From contig JAAUZE010000008.1 in NCBI GenBank assembly GCA_014804755.1, forward strand, positions 100,109 to 164,108: a stretch of DNA of 64,000 nucleotides, written 5' to 3'. Positions 47,271 through 57,213 of the stretch are shown here, piece by piece. Each line of letters begins with the position of its first letter. Position 1 is the first letter of the stretch. The notes beneath the pieces are model-generated. The model was not told where the DNA came from, ran no database searches, and saw nothing but the letters and a program-made list of their open reading frames with translations. This stretch comes from Lachnospiraceae bacterium. Its GTDB lineage: Bacteria > Bacillota > Clostridia > Lachnospirales > Lachnospiraceae. The position numbers were made by a program, and so were the translations under genes.

Positions 47271-49178
47271 TCACCGGAAATTTTCTTTCTTAATAAATTC
47301 AATAAATGCCTTTGCTTCCAGGGGCTTTGAGAAATAATAGCCTTGGATATAGTCGATACCCAGCTCTTCAAGCACGGTCAACTGCTCTTTTGTCTCCACG
47401 CCCTCAGAGACGACCTTTAAGTGCATATCGTGGATCATGTTCATGGCGGCGCGCAGGACGAACTTTGCTTTTTCACCCTTAAAGTATGACTGCGTCATAT
47501 CGCGGTCGAATTTCACGATCTGAACCGGCATGTCCACGATATAGTTTAAGTTCGACTGCCCGCTTCCGAAATCATCCAGCGAAAAGGACACGCCGTAATC
47601 GATTAAGCACCGCATGTTTTCAAGCAGCGTCTTTCGCGTGTTGATCGATGCGGATTCCGTGATTTCCAGATTGATGGATTCGGGAGCGATATGATGTTTT
47701 TGCATAATACTGATGTACGTGTTTGCGAGGGCCTCGCTGTCGCACTGTATGACGGAGAGGTTTGCCTCAATATATTGAATGCCGTAGTCGTTCAGATTCT
47801 GCTCTTTTATAAAACGGCAGGTTTTGTCGAATAGGATCTCGCCGACCTCGCTGATAAGCCCGGTCTCCTCCGCGATGGGGATAAAAAGTCCCGGCGGGAT
47901 GATGCTGCCGTCTTCCCTGCGGATACGCGCCAATGCCTCTGCGGATACGAATTTCTTTTCTTTTGTGGAGTAAATGGGCTGATAAAACACCTCAATCCGG
48001 TCTTCCTTTATGGCGCGCACAAGCGTGCCGAGCATTTCGTCATGCTCGCGTCGTTTTTTCACACTGTCTTCATCTATCGTTATGACAGAGTCCTCCGATG
48101 ATTCCGCACAGTGAGAACGGAAATATTTGAGAACGCCGAGCATTTCCTCTGCATTTTCTGCCACCTTGCAGGAGGGAATGAGGATGTAATTCGGCTGTAA
48201 AAATACCGGCTCCTCATCAGCGTGGTCTGTAAGCCAGCTGCGTCGAAAACGGTCGTAAATGATGCCGCAGGCGTGATAGAGTGCCTCTTTCTCTTCAAAT
48301 TCCAGTGAAAACTCCCGATCGTCCGTCTTGAACACCCGGACTTTCGGAATCCGGCGGATAAACTGTACGATCTCCGCCATGGCTTTCTCCATTTTGGCAG
48401 GCGTCATATTGTTGATGACATGCACATTTTCAAGGGAAAGAAGGATGCCGCAGCAGTCAATGTCCATGTGGTAGCGCTGTTTGATAAATTCAACAAATGC
48501 ATAGCTGTTAAAAAAACCGGTGCTCCTGTCAATGTAAATTTCAGGATTTTCAAGCTCGAAAAATAAAATGACCATTCCCATAACGCTCGCGAAACCGACC
48601 AACAAAAGCTTGCTGTTTAAGAATTGGGTCAGGGCAGCCACAATCCATATCAGCAGCCACAGACGGATGGCGCTGCGGCGTTTGGGGTTCATTGTTTTTC
48701 CGTGCAGAAAAATCTTGAGCAGCGTTGCCAGAATCAAGAGCAGCGCGCCTGCATAGGTGGCGGAGCACGCCAGACCGTGTGTGTATACAATATTGTGACC
48801 GTCATAATAAGTAGAAATGGGAAGCGCAAAGATCAGGATGCCGATCACAATGACCACAACTCCCAGTCTGCGGGTAAACTTGTCCGCCTTGACTAAATGA
48901 TGAATATCGGCGCTTGCGTAGGCAAATGCGATATAACCGGTAGTGATGAGGGAGACGAGATACGCCTTGCATTCGGTTTTCACCAGCCATATCGGGAGAT
49001 GCGCCTGATTGATGATGAGAACGATCGATAAAATATCCAGGATCAGACAAGCGATCGTAATGTAAAGCGCACGCAAAAAGAGTCTTCCGGTATACAGCCC
49101 GATGGTATGCTGGCGTTTGTAGAAATAAAGCAGCAGTAATAGAATGAATACGCCGCCTGTTTGCATCTGAATATTCAT
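47271..49178 (-). CDS. membrane-anchored EAL-domain c-di-GMP phosphodiesterase with degenerate GGDEF
   Basis: N-terminal multi-TM region; 'EALARIRR' and 'LDDFGSG' EAL motifs; no GGDEF motif. Confidence 0.8.
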   Translation of the reverse strand: MNIQMQTGGVFILLLLLYFYKRQHTIGLYTGRLFLRALYITIACLILDILSIVLIINQAHLPIWLVKTECKAYLVSLITTGYIAFAYASADIHHLVKADKFTRRLGVVVIVIGILIFALPISTYYDGHNIVYTHGLACSATYAGALLLILATLLKIFLHGKTMNPKRRSAIRLWLLIWIVAALTQFLNSKLLLVGFASVMGMVILFFELENPEIYIDRSTGFFNSYAFVEFIKQRYHMDIDCCGILLSLENVHVINNMTPAKMEKAMAEIVQFIRRIPKVRVFKTDDREFSLEFEEKEALYHACGIIYDRFRRSWLTDHADEEPVFLQPNYILIPSCKVAENAEEMLGVLKYFRSHCAESSEDSVITIDEDSVKKRREHDEMLGTLVRAIKEDRIEVFYQPIYSTKEKKFVSAEALARIRREDGSIIPPGLFIPIAEETGLISEVGEILFDKTCRFIKEQNLNDYGIQYIEANLSVIQCDSEALANTYISIMQKHHIAPESINLEITESASINTRKTLLENMRCLIDYGVSFSLDDFGSGQSNLNYIVDMPVQIVKFDRDMTQSYFKGEKAKFVLRAAMNMIHDMHLKVVSEGVETKEQLTVLEELGIDYIQGYYFSKPLEAKAFIEFIKKENFR

Positions 49179-49242
49179 AGCCTGAGTAACTCTCCTCTCC
49201 GATATGACCTCATTTTACCATATTTTACATTTAGATGACAAT

Positions 49243-49319
49243 TCCTGTCAGAGTTATTTTTATGCTGTTTATGACAGGAAAAAATAACTGTGGTAGATTT
49301 TCCTGTCATACGTTATAAT
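49243..49319. promoter_or_regulatory. three alternating copies of TCCTGTCA/TGACAGGA overlapping a TATAAT -10
   Basis: Copies at 49243-49250, 49272-49279 and 49301-49308, spaced 29 bp apart; TATAAT at 49314-49319 in the EAL/tmk divergent intergenic region. Confidence 0.3.
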
Positions 49320-49392
49320 GAATTACATGGAGCAGCACAGATGCTGCATGTAAAAATGTTCTGACAAAGAATAGCAGGAGAACGAAACACAT

Positions 49393-50049
49393 ATGGGGAA
49401 GGTAACTGATAGCAGGGAAAACACAGGGCGGGGCAGTCTGATCGCCCTAGAGGGCATTGACGGGAGCGGAAAGAGCACACAGGCGGCGTATCTTTATGAG
49501 CGGTTAAAAAAAGAAGGCGTCTGCTGTGAGCTGACAATGGAGCCGACTGCTTCGCCGATCGGGGCGTTGATCCGGCAAATTTTGAAGGGGGAGTTTCGGA
49601 CGGACAACCGTGTGATCGCGGGGTTATTTGTTGCGGATCGTTTAGATCATTTATTAAACGAAGCGGACGGGATCGCGGCGAAGGTGGAATCCGGTACGAC
49701 CGTGATCACGGACAGATACTATTTTTCTTCCTATGCCTATAACAGTGTGGATATGCCGATGGACTGGGTCATTCAGGCAAATAAGCCGAGCAGCGCGATC
49801 CTAAGACCCGCCGTGAATCTGTTTATTGACGTTGATCCGGATGTCGCGTTGGAGAGAATCGCGAAGAACCGCCGTCATGTGGAGCTGTTTGAGACAAAGG
49901 AAAGACTGAAGCTTGTGCGGGAAAATTACAGGAAAGCGTTTCAGATGCTGGAAAATGAGGAGCGTTGTGTGATCATTGACGGAAACCGCCCACAGGAGGA
50001 GATTGCGGAGAGCGTATGGGAAGCCGTACGGGAGATCCTGTCTAAGTAG
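49393..50049 (+). CDS. tmk: thymidylate kinase
   Basis: 'LIALEGIDGSGKSTQ' P-loop and 'DRY' lid region. Confidence 0.85.
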   Translation: MGKVTDSRENTGRGSLIALEGIDGSGKSTQAAYLYERLKKEGVCCELTMEPTASPIGALIRQILKGEFRTDNRVIAGLFVADRLDHLLNEADGIAAKVESGTTVITDRYYFSSYAYNSVDMPMDWVIQANKPSSAILRPAVNLFIDVDPDVALERIAKNRRHVELFETKERLKLVRENYRKAFQMLENEERCVIIDGNRPQEEIAESVWEAVREILSK

Positions 50050-50118
50050 ACCTCTCATTGGATCAGCGATTCCCAGAGTAAAATATATAGAAACCCTGAT
50101 TGAATCCGTGTTTCCGTA

Positions 50119-50167
50119 AAAAACAGACCGACCTGGTACAATGGTGTATCGGATCGGTCTGTTTTTA
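50119..50167. terminator. bidirectional rho-independent terminator
   Basis: Stem AAACAGACCGA/TCGGTCTGTTT flanked by A/T tracts, between convergent genes. Confidence 0.6.
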
Positions 50168-50269
50168 TGTATCGGAATTTTCGTGCGCTCATTTTTTTTA
50201 TCAACAGAAACTTTCGTGCACGCGAGTTTTGCGTAGCAAAATCTCGCAAAGAATGCCTTGCATTCTTTT

Positions 50270-50701
50270 TTATTCTATCGTGGAAATCTCTTCCTGCTCC
50301 GCTGCCTTTGCCTTTTTGCGGTCAAAGGGTTTGGTTGACGGATCAGCCTGAGCGGTCGTCATGGTACACTTGCCGTCAAAGCATGCATCCTCGTCCACGA
50401 TCAAAGAGCGCGCGGTAACATTGCCGGTAACTTTTGCGGTGGAGAAAAGCTCCAGCCTGCCCTGCACGTGAATATCGCCCGTTACCCTGCCTGAAAGTGT
50501 GACATTCAGAGCCGATATATTGCCGATGATCACGCCGTCCGTGCCGAGTATGACATTTTCCTTACACGTACAGTCGCCGTTTAAGCTGCCGTCAATGCGG
50601 ATGGTTTCGGGGGCGTTGATGTTTCCGTCAAAAACGGCTCCGGCGCCGATCAGTGTGCCGACTGTCTGTGTTTTTCCAACGTCAGTATTTTTTTTTCTCA
50701 T
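50270..50701 (-). CDS. bactofilin
   Basis: Repetitive beta-helix 'GTLIGAGAVFDGNINAPETIRIDGSLNG...' typical of DUF583/bactofilin. SD GGGAGGAA before the ATG at 50701. Confidence 0.75.
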   Translation of the reverse strand: MRKKNTDVGKTQTVGTLIGAGAVFDGNINAPETIRIDGSLNGDCTCKENVILGTDGVIIGNISALNVTLSGRVTGDIHVQGRLELFSTAKVTGNVTARSLIVDEDACFDGKCTMTTAQADPSTKPFDRKKAKAAEQEEISTIE

Positions 50702-50767
50702 AAATTTGTTCCTCCCTTTAGTGCATTGCATTTTGCGATGCCTGTGTTAATGTACGAAGCTCATTTT

Positions 50768-51541
50768 TTAGCCCTTGGTATCCATAATGGAGAGCGGATC
50801 GATCCATTCTTCTCCAAACAGTACCCCATAATCTAATTCCGTGCCTTCAGAAGTGATCGTGAACAGGGAATCTCCTTTATTTACCTGTGCACCTTCTTCC
50901 ACCTTCAATTCGGCATTCTGGCGGTAGAGATAGTAGGTCGTATAGCCGCTTTCATGCACGATCTCGATCATGTAGCGGTAGGTGTCATCCGAATTGATCG
51001 ACCTGACCGTGCCGTTGCCGGCTGCGATAACATCGGTTCCCGACTCAACGGTAAATGAGGTGTACGGGTGTTCATTAGAAAAGGTGGAAGTGATTACTCC
51101 CACGCCGGAGGATGGATATAAAGTGGGAACCAATGCCTCCGCCGCTTCGCGTTCCGCCGCTTCCGCCGCTTCCCGCTCGGCATCTGCGATCGCCTGCAGC
51201 TCCTGTTCCCGCAAATCCAAATCTGAGCGAACTGCAGCCAGTTCCTCCTCCAATGCCTGTTTTTCCTGTGTCCAATTATCTTTTTCGTCTTCCCATTCCG
51301 AAACAAGCCGTTCTTCCGCAAGCTGTTGTTCACGAAGCTGCTGCTGCAATCCGCTCTCGTGCTGTATCTGGGTCAGCGCCTGATAGCTGAGCCATCCGGC
51401 AGCGGCAAGGATCGTGAAAAAGAGAACAAACAACAGACGCAGCGTAGAGCGTGCAATGCGAAAACGCCGATTGCGTCTGTCTATGTTGGAGACAAAAAGT
51501 ACGGAATAGGATTCCTTGCGTTTATGTCGTCGGTTCTTCAT
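50768..51541 (-). CDS. M23-family peptidase with coiled-coil N-terminal region
   Basis: C-terminal LytM-like domain 'HESGYTTYYLY...VNKGDSLF'. SD GAGGGAGG before the ATG at 51541. Confidence 0.75.
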   Translation of the reverse strand: MKNRRHKRKESYSVLFVSNIDRRNRRFRIARSTLRLLFVLFFTILAAAGWLSYQALTQIQHESGLQQQLREQQLAEERLVSEWEDEKDNWTQEKQALEEELAAVRSDLDLREQELQAIADAEREAAEAAEREAAEALVPTLYPSSGVGVITSTFSNEHPYTSFTVESGTDVIAAGNGTVRSINSDDTYRYMIEIVHESGYTTYYLYRQNAELKVEEGAQVNKGDSLFTITSEGTELDYGVLFGEEWIDPLSIMDTKG

Positions 51542-51821
51542 ACGCAAAACCTCCCTCGGAGTCCTGTAAGTACTCGGTACGCATATTATAGTAGCAAATC
51601 GCAAGAAAAGCAAATGGAAAATGCGTTTTAGGGGGTAGAAATTACCGCGTTTTGGTAAAATAAAGCGATGGAAAGCACTTTGCAGCGATTTTTGCTCTTG
51701 TTTTTACCGGGGAGGCACACTATAATGGGAATGCAGGAATCCGGCGTGCGGGGGCATAAAGAGCGTGTGCCGGAAAAAGAAAACCGGATTTGCGGGCAGC
51801 AGAAAGGCATGAGTATCGGTT

Positions 51822-52916
51822 ATGAAAGTAGTTTTACAGAATTTGACAAAAAAATTTCCGAACCGCAATAAAAAAGCGGGCGGCGAGGTCGTTGCAGTGG
51901 ATGATTTTTCCTTTGAAATTCCGGACGGGAAGCTTGTCGGGCTGCTCGGACCCTCGGGCTGCGGAAAAAGTACGACGCTTTTTATGATATGCGGGCTGCA
52001 AAAGCCGACAAGCGGTAAAATCTTTTTCGGCGAGGACGATGTGACGGATTTACCGCCCGAAAACAGGGGGGTCGGTGTGGTGTTCCAAAATTATGCGCTC
52101 TATCCGCATTTGACAGTCAGACAGAATATCACGTTTCCGCTGGAGAACCTCAAGGGTGAGGACAAGCTCACGAAGCAGCAGATGCAGGACAAAGCGCATG
52201 AAGCGGCAAAGCTCGTGCAGATCGAGGAATTGATGGACAGAAAGCCGAACGAGCTTTCCGGCGGTCAGCAGCAGCGCGTTGCGATCGCGCGTGCGATGGT
52301 GAAGATGCCGAAGGTGCTTTTGCTGGACGAGCCGCTTTCGAATCTCGATGCGCGCCTGCGCTTACAGACGCGGGAGGAAATTCGGCGCATTCAGCGGGAG
52401 ACGGGCATTACGACCGTGTTTGTGACGCATGATCAGGAGGAAGCGATGAGCATTTCCGATGTGATCGTCGTTATGAAGGACGGCGTAGTGCAGCAGATCG
52501 GAAAGCCGCAGGAGGTGTATGACGATCCGGTCAATTTATTTGTTGCCAAATTTTTAGGCACGCCGCCGGTCAATCTCTTTGACGGCGAGGTCAAAGCGGG
52601 AATGCTCCATATCGGTGACGACGCCGTACTGTCTGTTCCGGGCGCAGCGGACGGGGCAGTGGATGTCGGCATCCGTCCCGAGGGCTTTCTTTTAAAAGAA
52701 GACGGGGTATTATGCTGTGCGCTGACGGGAGTAGAGGTCATGGGACGCGATATCAGCGTCGTATCGACGAATCCGCATGCGCAGAGCAAGGCGATCCGCT
52801 CCATTATCAACGCGGAGAACAAGGTGGACACGGATGCAAAGGACGTCCGGTTTGCGTTAAAACCGAATAAGGTGCTTCTGTTTCAGAAAGAGACGGGAGA
52901 ACGGATTTATTTTTAA
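51822..52916 (+). CDS. sugar ABC transporter ATP-binding protein (MalK/UgpC-like)
   Basis: Walker A 'GPSGCGKST', signature 'LSGGQQQR', Walker B 'LLLDEP' and a C-terminal regulatory domain. Confidence 0.85.
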   Translation: MKVVLQNLTKKFPNRNKKAGGEVVAVDDFSFEIPDGKLVGLLGPSGCGKSTTLFMICGLQKPTSGKIFFGEDDVTDLPPENRGVGVVFQNYALYPHLTVRQNITFPLENLKGEDKLTKQQMQDKAHEAAKLVQIEELMDRKPNELSGGQQQRVAIARAMVKMPKVLLLDEPLSNLDARLRLQTREEIRRIQRETGITTVFVTHDQEEAMSISDVIVVMKDGVVQQIGKPQEVYDDPVNLFVAKFLGTPPVNLFDGEVKAGMLHIGDDAVLSVPGAADGAVDVGIRPEGFLLKEDGVLCCALTGVEVMGRDISVVSTNPHAQSKAIRSIINAENKVDTDAKDVRFALKPNKVLLFQKETGERIYF

Positions 52917-52937
52917 TACTCAGGAAGGCAGACTAAC

Positions 52938-53708
52938 ATGTCGAAGATTAGTTCCTATGACGAATATATCGAAAAGTTGGATGGGCGGGGCGATGTCATT
53001 GTGTTCCGAGGACAGGCAAACAGCGAGTTTGTGCTGATCCCGTCAGGGCTTCGCGGGGATCACATCCACATTGCGGACAGTCAGATGTTCCGCTTTGTTG
53101 ATGAAATGAAGCAACTGTTTAATTTTGATGAGCTGACCTGTATTGAGATCGCGCAGCATTTTGCACTTCCGACGAGAATGCTGGATTTTTCCTATTCCTT
53201 TGACGTGGCCTTGTTTTTTGCATGCCATGACGCCAAGGGGCGGTACGCGGAAAATGACGGCAAGGTGTTCATTTTTAATAAGAGTAAATATGAGCAAGCG
53301 CTCAGGGAAAGAAGAAAGCTTTCCAGCGAGGTCATCCGGAATAATAAATTTCTGTATGAATGGCTGCAAAAATACATAGATAAGGAATCAACGCTCATGG
53401 GAAACGAGGGCGTTGATATGCCGATCTTTGTGGATGCGACGCAGCAGTTCGACCGGTTGTATATGCAGAAGGGATTGTTCCTGCTCTGGGGGCGGGACGA
53501 GTGCTCCCTTGAAAAAATACTGGAAAATGAACGAATACCGATGTCGCAGCTCATCGATACGATCACGATCGACGCGTGCGCCAAGCCGCGTATTTTGTCC
53601 GAGCTTGCAAAAAAACACATCAGTGAGGATACACTGTATATGAACATCGGAAAGATCAAGGATTTGGTTTACCATATCAAGTATGGAGATAAACCAAAAC
53701 AGGAATGA
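52938..53708 (+). CDS. FRG-domain protein
   Basis: 'VIVFRGQANSEF' FRG motif region; overlaps the permease start by 4 nt. Confidence 0.55.
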   Translation: MSKISSYDEYIEKLDGRGDVIVFRGQANSEFVLIPSGLRGDHIHIADSQMFRFVDEMKQLFNFDELTCIEIAQHFALPTRMLDFSYSFDVALFFACHDAKGRYAENDGKVFIFNKSKYEQALRERRKLSSEVIRNNKFLYEWLQKYIDKESTLMGNEGVDMPIFVDATQQFDRLYMQKGLFLLWGRDECSLEKILENERIPMSQLIDTITIDACAKPRILSELAKKHISEDTLYMNIGKIKDLVYHIKYGDKPKQE

Positions 53709-54610
53709 GGAATTGTATGGAAAAAAATAAATTGAAGGGTTGGCTGTATCTGCTGCCGGCTATTTTGTTTTTGGGATGCTTTATGGTATATCCGCTCATT
53801 GACGTATTTGTGTATTCGTTCGAGGAAAGCTACAATTTTGCTTCCCAGACCTATCAGGGAACCGGTGGCTATAATTTTGCGTATGTTCTGCATGACACGT
53901 ATTTTTTGCAGGCGGTAAAAAATACCTTCCTCATGGTGGTCATCACCGTGCCGCTCTCAACAGGCATCGCGCTTTTGATCTCCGTGGGTTTAAGCTCCAT
54001 CAAACCGCTTCGCAGGCTTTTTCAGACGGTTTATTTTCTGCCGTATGTGACGAATACGCTTGCCGTCGGTCTTGTCTTTATGATCCTGTTCAAAAAGACG
54101 GAGTATACGGACGGACTCGTGAACCTGCTCATTCATTGGTTCGGCGGAGAGTCGGTCGATTTTATTTCCGGACCGTACTGGGCGAAAATGTTTGTCATGT
54201 GTTTTTATATCATATGGGTCGTTATGCCGTTTAAGATCCTGCTCCTCACAAGCGCGCTCTTATCTGTGGATCAGAGCTATTACAACGCGGCAAAGGTGGA
54301 TGGCACGTCGGGCGCGCGTATTTTTAGAAAGATCACGCTGCCGATGATTTCGCCTACGATCTTTTATCTTGTCATCACGGGCTTTATCGGCGCGTTCAAG
54401 GAATACAGCGACGCTGTCGCATTATTCGGGACGAACTTAAATGCGGCGGGAATGAATACGATCGTCGGATATGTGTACGACATGCTTTACGGGGACAGCG
54501 GCGGCTATCCGTCGTATGCCTCGGCGGCGGCGATCATATTATTTGTGATCGTCTTGACGATCACCTGTATCAACCTGCTCATCAGCAGTAAGCACACGAC
54601 GTACAATTAA
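53705..54610 (+). CDS. sugar ABC transporter permease (MalF/UgpA-like)
   Basis: Six TM helices with an EAA-like loop. Confidence 0.85.
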   Translation: MRNCMEKNKLKGWLYLLPAILFLGCFMVYPLIDVFVYSFEESYNFASQTYQGTGGYNFAYVLHDTYFLQAVKNTFLMVVITVPLSTGIALLISVGLSSIKPLRRLFQTVYFLPYVTNTLAVGLVFMILFKKTEYTDGLVNLLIHWFGGESVDFISGPYWAKMFVMCFYIIWVVMPFKILLLTSALLSVDQSYYNAAKVDGTSGARIFRKITLPMISPTIFYLVITGFIGAFKEYSDAVALFGTNLNAAGMNTIVGYVYDMLYGDSGGYPSYASAAAIILFVIVLTITCINLLISSKHTTYN

Positions 54611-54623
54611 GGAGGAATCCTTC

Positions 54624-55499
54624 ATGGCAAAAACGGATACTTATAAGGAGATTGAGCGCACGGCGGCGCGGCGCAAAAAAGGTGTGCGCACGGTCACTTA
54701 TATCCTGCTCACATTGTGGGCGCTCATCGTGCTGTTTCCTTTTTACTGGATGCTGCTGACGAGCATCAAAAGCTACGGCGCGTACAACTCAGAATATATT
54801 CCGCAATTTATTACCCTGTCGCCGACGCTTCAGAACTATGCGGATGCGTTCAGCGCCGTTCCGCTCGGCAGATACCTGCTCAACACGTTTATTTTTACGG
54901 TGGCGACGACCGCGATCATGATGGTGGTCATCACATTGGCGGCGTTCGCGTTTGCGCGTTTGAACTTTCGGGGAAAAAATCTCGTGTTCACGCTGTTTCT
55001 GGCGCTGATGATGATACCGAACGAGCTTGTCATCATTACGAACTTTGCGACGATCACAAACATGAACATGCGCAATTCGTTTTTGGGACTGATCTTACCG
55101 TCCGTCACATCCGTTTTTTATATCTATTTGCTAAAAGAGAATTTTGCGCAGGTGCCGGATTCGCTTTATTATGCGGCGAAAGTGGATGGTACCTCCGACT
55201 TAAAGTATCTGTGCAAGGTGATGGTGCCGATCTGCCGCCCGACGCTCATTACGATCGTGATCTTAAAGGTGATCGAGTGCTGGAATTCCTATGTGTGGCC
55301 GCGCCTCATCACCGACGACGAGCGCTATTTTCTGGTGTCGAACGGCATTCAGGAGATCCGGGAGAACGGTTTCGGCCGTGAAAATATCCCCGCGATGATG
55401 GCGGCGGTCGTTGTGATCTCGCTGCCGCTCATCGTGCTGTTTCTCATTTTCCGCGAAAAGATCATGGCGGGTGTATCAAGAGGGGGGACAAAAGGGTGA
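54624..55499 (+). CDS. sugar ABC transporter permease (MalG/UgpE-like)
   Basis: 'YYAAKVDGTS' EAA loop; six TM helices. Confidence 0.85.
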   Translation: MAKTDTYKEIERTAARRKKGVRTVTYILLTLWALIVLFPFYWMLLTSIKSYGAYNSEYIPQFITLSPTLQNYADAFSAVPLGRYLLNTFIFTVATTAIMMVVITLAAFAFARLNFRGKNLVFTLFLALMMIPNELVIITNFATITNMNMRNSFLGLILPSVTSVFYIYLLKENFAQVPDSLYYAAKVDGTSDLKYLCKVMVPICRPTLITIVILKVIECWNSYVWPRLITDDERYFLVSNGIQEIRENGFGRENIPAMMAAVVVISLPLIVLFLIFREKIMAGVSRGGTKG

Positions 55500-57097
55500 C
55501 GAAAAAAAGAAAGACCGTTCGTTTTTTGCTGTTATCTCTGCTTTTTGCATTTGCCGCGCTGCTTGCAGGCTGTCACGGGTCGAAGGGGCTTGACCCGTTC
55601 GGGATGCCGGAAGAATTCGACACCTCAAGGAATTATACGATCACGTTTTGGGCAAAAAACGATACGAACAAGACGCAGGCGGACATTTACGAGCGGGCGA
55701 TCGCTGAGTTTGAACAGCTGTATCCGAATATCAAGGTGAATCTGCGTTTGTATACGGATTATGGAGTGATCTATAATGACGTCATTACGAATATTTCCAC
55801 GAATACGACGCCGAATGTCTGTATCACTTATCCGGATCACATCGCAACTTATCTGACCGGAACAAATGTCGTGGTTCCTCTGGACGAATTGTTTGCCGAT
55901 GAACGTTATGGTTTCGGAGGGAGCGAGGTGCGTTTTGACGCGGTGGCACAAAACGAGGTCGTTTCCCGTTTCTTGGAAGAGGGTGCGTTTGACGGGCACT
56001 ATTACGCGATCCCGTTCATGCGTTCCACCGAGGCGTGCTATGTGAATAAAACCTATGTGGAAGCGCTGGGTTATACACTGCCCGATGTGCTGACATGGGA
56101 TTTTGTGTGGGAGGTATCCGAGGCGGCTCTGGCGGCGGACGCGGACGGAAATTATATCGTCAACGGGCAGAACGTGCTGATCCCGTTTATCTACAAATCC
56201 ACGGATAACATGATGATCCAGATGCTTAAGCAGACGGGCGGCGACTATTCCACGGATGAGGGGGACATCCTTCTTTTTAACGATACGACGAAGGCGCTTC
56301 TCTATACGATTGCGGAGCATGGAAAGACCAAAGCGTTTTCCACATTTAAGATATCGAGTTATCCCGCCAATTTCCTCAATGCGGGACAGTGTATTTTTGC
56401 GGTCGATTCCACGGCGGGCGCGACATGGATGGGAACGGATGCGCCGCTTCGGGACATCAGCGATGAGAAACTGGTGCAGTTTGAGACCGAGATCAGGATG
56501 GTCCCGCAGTTTGACACGGATGCGCCGCAGATGATCTCGCAGGGACCGTCCGTGTGCTTGTTTAACAAGTCTGACCCGCAGGAGGTATTGGCGTCATGGC
56601 TGTTTGCGCAGTATCTTCTGACGAACAACGTGCAGATCGCGTATGCCGAGACGGAGGGTTATATCCCCGTGACAACGAGGGCGCAGAATGCGGCGGAGTA
56701 TACGGACTATCTGGCGAGGGGCGGCGAGGACAACGCTCTGCACTATGACATCAAGATCAAGGCGGCGAAGCTCCTGATTGACAATATTGACAATACTTTT
56801 GTTACGCCGGTGTTTAACGGCTCGGCATCCTTGCGCAATGCCGCAGGGCAGTTGGTCGAGGAGACAGTGAAGGCAGTCAGGAGGGGGCAGACCGTGGATG
56901 AGGCGTTTATAGAGACGCTCTATGCCGACACGACATCACTGTACCGCTTAGATCAGGGCGGGTCATCCGCGACGGGAAAAACAGACTTAGGTCCGCTCCC
57001 GAAAACGGCGGTTGTTCTGCTTGTTTCGCTGGCGGTCGTATGGATTTTGATCATACTTTATGTCATTTTGCAGGCAAAAAAGCAGAAAAGCTATTGA
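55496..57097 (+). CDS. ABC transporter substrate-binding lipoprotein with C-terminal TM anchor
   Basis: Lipobox 'LLAGCHG', SBP fold, C-terminal hydrophobic 'VVLLVSLAVVWILIILYVIL'. Confidence 0.8.
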   Translation: MTKKRKTVRFLLLSLLFAFAALLAGCHGSKGLDPFGMPEEFDTSRNYTITFWAKNDTNKTQADIYERAIAEFEQLYPNIKVNLRLYTDYGVIYNDVITNISTNTTPNVCITYPDHIATYLTGTNVVVPLDELFADERYGFGGSEVRFDAVAQNEVVSRFLEEGAFDGHYYAIPFMRSTEACYVNKTYVEALGYTLPDVLTWDFVWEVSEAALAADADGNYIVNGQNVLIPFIYKSTDNMMIQMLKQTGGDYSTDEGDILLFNDTTKALLYTIAEHGKTKAFSTFKISSYPANFLNAGQCIFAVDSTAGATWMGTDAPLRDISDEKLVQFETEIRMVPQFDTDAPQMISQGPSVCLFNKSDPQEVLASWLFAQYLLTNNVQIAYAETEGYIPVTTRAQNAAEYTDYLARGGEDNALHYDIKIKAAKLLIDNIDNTFVTPVFNGSASLRNAAGQLVEETVKAVRRGQTVDEAFIETLYADTTSLYRLDQGGSSATGKTDLGPLPKTAVVLLVSLAVVWILIILYVILQAKKQKSY

Positions 57098-57113
57098 TTT
57101 CAAAAGAAATCTA

Positions 57114-57142
57114 TTGATTTCTTTGCGATTGTTGAGTACAAT
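57114..57142 (+). promoter_or_regulatory. sigma-A promoter TTGATT-17-TACAAT
   Basis: Sequence match upstream of the lipoprotein gene. Confidence 0.45.
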
Positions 57143-57213
57143 GTCAACGTGTGATTGTTGAAGGGAGCTCTGAAAGGGACTTCCGCGCATAAAGAAAAAG
57201 AGGAGAGAAAAAA

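Noticed and set aside
51075-51390. Several ORFs overlapping the M23 peptidase coiled-coil region
   Set aside because: The repetitive 'AAEREAAEA' coding repeats create spurious frames. The peptidase frame carries the LytM domain.
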